Assembly: GCF_009914755.1 (NCBI RefSeq)
Contig: NC_060927.1
DNA: 64,000 bases
Origin: the human T2T-CHM13v2.0 reference genome, Homo sapiens
Strand: one strand, 5' to 3'
Of this stretch, positions 57,066-64,000 are shown in pieces. Numbering within the stretch: the first letter of the stretch is position 1; the number at the start of each line of letters is the position of its first letter. A program made the position numbers and the translations under genes. Below the pieces are notes generated by a model. The model was not told where the DNA came from. It worked only from the letters and a program-made list of their open reading frames with translations, and made no database searches.

Positions 57066-58852
57066 TTCTGTGGAAGACCCAGGAATAACCAGCCTCTCCA
57101 TTCCTCGACCTCCTCATTTCCAATGGCTTTTTCTCCACTCCACCTCAGCCACCCACACCCATGGCCATGCCCCAACTTTGTCACCACTTGAAAGTTCACT
57201 CCTTTCTAATTCCCATTCTTTGCCCAACTCCTCTTGACCTCCTGGCCCCCCAGCTTCAGTTCTTCAATCCCATTGATCTTGTGACCCTCCCACCTTCACC
57301 ACCGTCCTTAGCAGGCTTATATCCAATGAGTCATGACTATAAATAATCTAAAAACCCTTATTCCTGACTTCTTCCTTGTCATCCATCTGGGAGAGCCCAA
57401 TCACTTACTTTCTCCTCAGCTACACCCAGGCAGCTAAGCCCCATGGGGGAAATCTCACATCTTCACATGCTGGAGTTCATAAGCCCACCACCTCCAATAC
57501 CACCTGGGTACTCAGTGCCAAGATTTCTCTAGTCAGCTGCTTCTCCCGTGCTCTGGAAGGGCCACTGTATTCTTATCTCCCCACAAGTATGAGTGGAGAG
57601 ATAGTATGAGTGGGGGGATCCAGGCTGGGTTGTGGGGGTAAGCATATATGTTGCCTCTCTCCACGTCCCTGTCCTGGCTTTCTCAGCTGATGGCCGTGCC
57701 TCCTGCTTCATGGACAAGGCTGAAGCCTTCAGGTGGAATCCCTTACTTGTCTACATTAACCTGCCTTCCTCTGCATCCACACTGGCTTCTCTTCCTCCTC
57801 CTCCCACTGAAGCCAGGCCTCCGCCTGGAACTAGACACCCTCACCTCCTTCCTCTTCAGGGACCTCACTCCATCAATCACCCCTGTATCCTGCATCCCCA
57901 GCTTCTCTGTTGAATAATTCTTCTTAGCATGTCCCATTCTCTCCTATCTTTAACACATCCCTCTTCTCCCTCAGCCACTCCTGTCTTCCCCCTGCAGTCC
58001 CAGGCTTCTTCCAGGAGTCATCACACACTTCTCTACTCCTCAGTTGACTTTCCCTCCTTACCTGCTCCTGCCTTGCCCATGAAAGGCTGAAAACCTCCAT
58101 GTCACCAGCACTAATCCTCGGTCTCCAGCTTCCTTGAGGCTCAGTGGCATCTGACCAAGCTGTCCCCACCATGCCTGGATGGTCTTCCCTTGGCTTCCAG
58201 GGTGGCACATGACCTTGATTCTTCTCCTGCCCCTCCAACTACTCTTTCCAGTCCTTTCTGCTGGCTCCTTTTCCTTCCAAGCAGAGCTCTTGCAGGCTGA
58301 ATCTCGGCCATCCCCGTCTCTCCTCTTCTCACACCACTCCCTCTCCTGAGGACTTACCCACTCCCAAAGCCTAAAAACCACCTGCCCACACTCAGGATGC
58401 TCTGAGTTCCATCAGTCCTCTGGACCCTCAGAAACCCAGACCCTCAGACCCAACCACCTCCCTGAACCTCCACAGGGATGTCTCCTAGATTGCGACTATA
58501 CATTTCTTAAACTGAAGCCCTCTCTGGAAACTGCCCTCCATCCTCCCAGGCTGCAGATAGCAATTTGAGCGTCATCTCCTTCTCCTTCCCAACACCCACA
58601 GTTCATGGCCACGTCCTGTTCAGGCTGCTGACTGTGTGACCCTCCTCCCACCACCTCTCTCCACCTCGAGGGCCCTCACTTAAATCCTAACTTCTATATC
58701 TTTCACCCAGACCTCTGCCAATACCTCCTCACTGCCCTCTTTGCTTCCCCTGGCCCAGGGGTGATCTTTTAAAATGTGGACCCATCTTGGCACTGCCCTG
58801 CTCAGACACCTGGCAAGATGGCTGTGACCACCCCCACCCCACTCCTACTCAC

Positions 58853-58888
58853 TTGCAAAGCCAGTCGTTGATGCCACGGTCAAAGTGC
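58853..58888 (-). CDS. HHATL: HHATL coding exon 8 (36 nt)
   Basis: ttacag|G CAC TTT GAC CGT GGC ATC AAC GAC TGG CTT TGC AA|gtgagt (HFDRGINDWLCK). Confidence 0.93.
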
Positions 58889-59011
58889 CTGTAAGAGGAA
58901 AGCAGATGGGCATGTTGCCATCAGGCGCAGAGCTCCCCAGGCATGGGGGAAGAGGCTAGGGGAAGGTGTGGTCCCAGGGGGTGAGCCTCCCCCGTCCTGG
59001 CCAGCACTCAC

Positions 59012-59156
59012 GTTTCCGCAAAGACGTAGAGTGCGGTGATGCACTTGGGAGGCTGGGGTGGGTCCAGGTGGTCGAGGCATGCCACAGTGTTGACAACACC
59101 AAAGAGGACGGCCGCCTTCACCCAGTCATACACCAGGTTTGAATAGGCTAGGCCAG
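59012..59156 (-). CDS. HHATL: HHATL coding exon 7
   Basis: Encodes (A)[19 protein letters not shown]...[16 protein letters not shown]. Confidence 0.93.
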
Positions 59157-59518
59157 CTGGGGGCAGGGCACTGTCACTGCCTGGGGTCCAATCGCCTGGG
59201 GCCTGCCCCCATGAAGACCCTGTCCCACCACTTCCTTGGGGAGACACCAGGCTCTGCCCGCCCCACGGAGACCCCCCCATATTGTGGAAATCAGTCATGC
59301 CTGGTGAAGTGGGTGGGGTCCGTGGGATGCTGCTCTGGCCCCACAGGATGAAGCTAATGCCAAGACCCATGCATTAGAAAGAATAAGCCCCTGCTCCCAC
59401 GCCCTCAGGTGCTGTGCCCTGCGTGCCTCAGCTCCCCTGACTGTGGCACCGTGGGGGTGCAGAGGGTCTGTTTTCCTGGGGCGGCAGCCCTGCCCCCATT
59501 TCTCTTCTGTGGACCCAC

Positions 59519-59690
59519 CGAGGGCACTGTCTGGGAGGCGGTTGGCGAACTTGAGGTCGCTGGGGATAGTGAGGATGTAGAAGAAGTGAAAGAAGATGTC
59601 GACGGCCATGATGGCCACCACGCTTAGGCCTGCCTGGGCTCGGATGTGCCACAGCTCACCCTCGCGTCTCACTGGCTCCACCTGGCTCAC
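59519..59690 (-). CDS. HHATL: HHATL coding exon 6
   Basis: Encodes [19 protein letters not shown]...[25 protein letters not shown]. Confidence 0.93.
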
Positions 59691-60152
59691 CTGGGGGGAT
59701 GCGAAGGGTCTGAGGGAAGAGGCAAGCCCTGCCTGGGGAGCCCTGTCTGAGGGGGGCTCACCAACTACTTGGGGCAGGAGGAGCCATGGCTTTATCCAGG
59801 AGTCCTGCCTGAGGGTGGAGACAGAGGTCACCCTGGAGTCTGAGGAGGATTCACAGCCAGCCATGGGAGACCCAGTTCTGTCCTGGGAGCCCCATTTGAG
59901 TGGGAAGGGAACATTCGTGGCCTGGGAGTCCTGTCTGAGAAAAGAGACATGTCTCCACCCTGGGGTCCCTGCTGGAGGGGAAAGGTGGCCCCATCCTGGG
60001 GTCTGAGGAGGGAGGGGAGACACGGCTTCATCCTGGAATCATGCCTGAGGATGGGGATACAGCCTGCTTGGGGAATTCTATCTGAGATGGAAACCCCAAT
60101 CTGAAAAGGGAGATTCAGCCCTGTTCTAGAAGCCCACAGGGTGTCCCCTCAC

Positions 60153-60362
60153 CTGAGCATGGAAGCGATCAAAGGTCATGATGGGCCCGAAGAAGAAGAA
60201 GGGCAGGTAGAAGTTGTACTTGAGCAGGTCAGCTAAGGAGTAGTGGCGGTCAGGGTGGGCACAGCTCTCCAGTGCAAAGCTGGTGCAACGCAGCACTGTG
60301 AAGCTGCTGCCCCCATGAAACAGCACCTCTTGAAGATCAAAAGTGCCTGTTACAAACCCGCT
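60153..60362 (-). CDS. HHATL: HHATL coding exon 5
   Basis: Encodes SGFVTG...LRCTSFALE...[22 protein letters not shown], an MBOAT motif. Confidence 0.94.
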
Positions 60363-60717
60363 CTGGAGGGGGAAAGAACAGGCCACCAGCTCACTAGGGT
60401 GCCTCCTGTCTCTGGAAAACCTATTCCCCACTCCCTAGCTTCCCACAGGGGCCCAGCCTGGTCCTGTCCCTTCCTCTCTTCCAGAGCCAGTTAACTTTGG
60501 CCACTGCTCTATCCCAGCAATGCGAGGAGCAGGGGATGATCTGGTAGTTCCTCCTGTGATGCAGGTGCTCACCTTGTGGCCAGGACATACCCAAAGGCTT
60601 GAAGACAGGTGGAAAGTGAAGGGAATACTTGGGGATACTTGGGGTGCAAGGACTTTGGATGAAGTGAGAGGTTTGGGATCTTATCCCTACACCCTCTACC
60701 CCTGCACCAGTTCACAC

Positions 60718-60912
60718 CTGCCAAGAGATTAGGGGGTCCATCTTGAAGGAGGCCAGGCTGGCCAAGCCAAGGCCAAGACAGAGCCAGGGCTGGCCCAAAA
60801 GCGAGGCCACATAGAGGCCCACACAGTGACCAAGCAGCAGCAGCAGGTACCAAGGGCCCATTGTGCCCATCACAGCCAAGGCCCCGTACACAGCATACAT
60901 CCAGGAGCGGAG
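60718..60912 (-). CDS. HHATL: HHATL coding exon 4
   Basis: Encodes [10 protein letters not shown]...[11 protein letters not shown]. Confidence 0.93.
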
Positions 60913-61041
60913 CTGTGGGCAGGGAGAAGGCTTCAGTTTCGCCATATAAATGGGGGCGTGACCCCAGGAGGGGGTTCCCACAACCCTTGTGGTGAAAGAG
61001 GAGCTGGCAGGGAGAGGCTGGGTGGCCCAGGTCCAGCTCAC

Positions 61042-61155
61042 CTTTGGGGCAACCATCGTGCAGAGTTTAGCAAACAGCACATGTCCGGAGAGGGCAAAGA
61101 TGATGACGTTGCGAAAGGAGGTGAACCACATCACCCACTCGAAGTCAGCCACATC
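61042..61155 (-). CDS. HHATL: HHATL coding exon 3
   Basis: Encodes [38 protein letters not shown]. Confidence 0.93.
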
Positions 61156-61767
61156 CTGGGGCAGTCCGGGGCAGAAGGAGGTGGGGCAGGTGAGGGTGGG
61201 AGAGGGGACAGGACGAGCTGGAACCTGGGCTGGTCAGAGCCCCAGCACCTTTCCCAGCCTTCATGTTCTTCTTTTATTATTATCATTTTTAAATTTAATA
61301 ATAATAATTATTTTTTACCACTAGCCAAACCCAACGTGTCCTCTTTATGCAAACACAAGAGCAGTGCCTGCAGGTCTACACACTCCTCTGTGAAGGAAGT
61401 ACCGAGGCAGGAGGGTAGAGAGGAGTGAAGGGCACCATGGGGGCTGCCGGGTCGCTTGAAGCTCCCCCTCTCCTCCGCACGTTGCCTGCCATTCCCCCTT
61501 TACTGCTTTGTTTCTGGGAAGGAGGTGCTGGAGGCTCCACTGAAGCACACTCCACTAATGCGACCTATTTCCCAAGTGAGCAGGGCCCGGGCAAACTTGA
61601 TGTCCCAGGAGGATACAGGAGGGGCCAGTAAAGAAGCTGAAGGCACTGAAGCTCAAGCCAGAGGCCCCAGAGCTGTGAGAAGCTCTCTGTTACTTGCCAA
61701 CATCTGGAACAGCAGAGAGCAGAGAAGGGTTCGGGATGGGAGGGACCCTGGGATGTGGGGGACCTAC

Positions 61768-61835
61768 CATCTTCCGGCCAATGTACTCCCAGCCAGGTCG
61801 CACAGACTCCCGGAAGGCCTTCCTGTGGGCCCCAT
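61768..61835 (-). CDS. HHATL: HHATL coding exon 2
   Basis: Encodes (D)[22 protein letters not shown]; donor gtaggt. Confidence 0.92.
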
Positions 61836-61984
61836 CTGAGAACAGAGTGTGGCCTCAGGGAGAGGGGCCTTCACATCCCCTGCCCCACCTTCCCCCGTGG
61901 ACAAGGCTGCCCCACCCTGGGGAGCGAGGGCATCAGGAACGGGGCACGGGTCTGAGTCTCTTTGGTGCTGCATCTGCTTCTTTC

Positions 61985-62172
61985 TGGGTCTCGCTGTGTG
62001 TCTGGGTCCAGGACTCTGTGTGTGTGTGTGTGTGTTGGGGTGTGTGTGTATATGTCTGTGTGTTTGTGTGTGTGTCGGGGTCCAGGTCTCTGTGTGTGTG
62101 TGTGTGTGTGTCGGGATGTGTGTGTGTGTATGTCTGGGTCTAGGTCTCTGTGTGTGTGTGTCTGGGTCCAGG

Positions 62173-62205
<33 letters not shown>

Positions 62206-62490
62206 TGGGGTGTGTGTGTATATGTCTGTGTGTTTGTGTGTGTGTCTGCATCCAGGTCTCTCTCTGTGTGTGTGTGTCTGGGTCCAGGTCTCTGTGTGTG
62301 TATGTGTGTGTGTGTGTGTTGGGGGGTGTGTGTATATGTCTGTGTGTTTGTGTGTGTGTCTGGGTCTAGGTCTCTGTGTGTGTGTGTGTGTCGGGATGTG
62401 TGTGTGTGTATGTCTGGGTCTAGGTCTCTGTGTGTGTGTGTCTGGGTCCAGGCCTCTGTGTGTGTGTGTGTGTGTCTATGTGTGTGACTC
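61985..62490. repeat. Complex TG-rich minisatellite with higher-order structure
   Basis: Repeated TCTGGGTC(C/T)AGG(A/T)CTC anchors separated by (TG)n tracts, with recurring sub-blocks. Confidence 0.92.
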
Positions 62491-62730
62491 TGTGTCCATC
62501 TCTCTGTCAGTGTCTCTGCATCTCTGTGTTCCTGTGACTGAACCTGGCTCCACCCAGCCTCCAGTGACTATCTGAGATGGGAACCCCGGGCTGAAAAGGG
62601 AGATCCAGCCGTGTTCTAGAAGGAGTACCCTAGGTCTGGAGCCTGTAACTTTCTGGCTTTGCTGGTTGGAACCCTGAGGCCTCCAGGGGAAGAAGGGTCC
62701 TGTCCACCTGCCCCGGGGCACAGCCATTAC

Positions 62731-62836
62731 CTTGTGAAGCCTCAAGGAGGCCCCGGCCAGCATAGGCCAGGGCCCCACTCAGCACCAGAGAGTAGAGGCC
62801 CAGCTCAGCCGCCGGCAATGCTGTCTTGATGCCCAT
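62731..62836 (-). CDS. HHATL: HHATL first coding exon (hedgehog acyltransferase-like, MBOAT family)
   Basis: Encodes [35 protein letters not shown], donor gtaatg. Eleven exons sum to 1515 nt = 504 aa. Confidence 0.94.
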
Positions 62837-64000
62837 AGCCTGGACAGGGCTGGGGAGACAGGTTGGGTGAGGGAATTACAGTCTCCAGCCAAGCCTAGCC
62901 CCACCTCATGGTCCCACCACCCCAGTGGGGACCCACTCTGAAGAGAGATTGCCCCTCCAGCCCCTTGGGGACCTTGTACCATCACTCTGCCTGCCCCTGT
63001 GCCCCCCACAGTTCACAGGCCACCGAACACCAGTGCCCCATCCCAGCTGCTGCTCTTGCCCCCACCCCACCCATCAAGGCTCTTGCCGGCAGAGCCCTCA
63101 CTCGCAGCCTGCCTCCCTCACCTTCATTTACATCTTCATACCTTCCAGAGGCACCAGCCCCACCCTCTGCCAAAACCGCTCCTGCCAAGGCCCCCATGAC
63201 CTGCGTGCGGAGAAACCCCACCTCTATCACTACAGTCAGGTTTCTGCCTGCAGGGTCCCCACCTCGATCAGTGAGTCTCCCTTAGCTCCTCACAAAGCCC
63301 CAGCTTCTCTAAGACCCTTTCTCTGACTCCCACTCCCCTCCCTGAGATCCCATGACCACCCCAGGTGCTGCCCCTAGAGCCAAGCCTCCATCCTCGCATT
63401 AAGCCTCCAGCCTGTCACTGACCCCCATTCCCCCAACAAGTCCCTGAGCTCCAGCCTGTCACATCCCAGTCCCTGCCTGTGTCCGTGACCACACTGCCCC
63501 ACTCTCTCAGCGCTCTGTGTATTCAGGCCCTGGGCACCAGCTGGAGGCTGTGCTATTTGAGGAGGTGCCCAGGAGTAGCGGATGTGGGGCCAGGCGGGGC
63601 CAGGCGGGGCCAGGGAGGGCACTGGCTGCTGTCCAAGGTGCTGACCAGAATCAGGCCCCGGTTGAGTCTCACCACTCCCTCCAGCGGGGGCCTAGCTTGT
63701 CCCCTGGAGAACTGCTGGGCCGTACTACGGCTCAGCTAGCACCTTTACCCTTCCTATCCCGCTTCAGCCTGGCTCAGGGGCTTCCCAAGGACTCCATGGA
63801 TACAGACATAGGACCCAAATTAAAGGGAGGAAGCAGGGAACATGTCCAGGCAACTCTTGGGCTGACGGGGCCAAGAGGTGGCTGATGTGGCCCTTTTGCC
63901 CACCCTTGATCCTCCCCTAAATCTTCATCCCCAGCCCTGTAGCCATCTCCCCTGGGCCCCCCAGCAGCCGACGGTCTCCTCGTACAGATGGAGGGGTCAT

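Noticed and set aside
61985-62490. Repeat-spacer appearance resembling a CRISPR array
   Set aside because: The spacers are (TG)n rather than unique sequence, the context is a human intron, and there are no cas genes.
61694-62575. Cys/Val-rich and His/Thr-rich ORFs
   Set aside because: Translations of the TG minisatellite.
62850-64000. HHATL non-coding first exon(s) and promoter
   Set aside because: Must lie here or beyond the window edge, but I could not place boundaries with confidence.

Overview
This is eukaryotic, intron-containing DNA that I recognise as the human 3p22.1 locus. It holds four protein-coding genes: the 3' end of NKTR (+), ZBTB47/ZNF651 (+), KLHL40 (+) and HHATL (-), the last lying tail-to-tail with KLHL40. 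I rebuilt the exon chains by hand from GT-AG boundaries and reading frame; they give 747 aa for ZBTB47 (from ATG 20355), 621 aa for KLHL40 and 504 aa for HHATL, matching the protein lengths I recall. About 15 kb between ZBTB47 and KLHL40 is nested transposon debris (Alu, L1, L2, MIR, MaLR, ERV1 and ERVL LTRs) and includes a full-length 7SL retrocopy. Most ORFs in the supplied track are spurious. I found no convincing new gene family or system. The best leads are regulatory or isoform-level: (1) a CpG-island exon of ZBTB47 ending exactly in ATG, which would restore the BTB N-terminus and is guarded by two uORFs; (2) a stop-free last intron of ZBTB47 that could give an NMD-escaping alternative C-terminus; (3) a compact muscle enhancer and a MEF2/TATA promoter for KLHL40; (4) a latent 78-nt intron in the KLHL40 3'UTR; (5) a 55-bp duplicated intronic element and a recursive-type splice junction in HHATL. 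Repeat subfamily names and most repeat boundaries were assigned by eye and are approximate.
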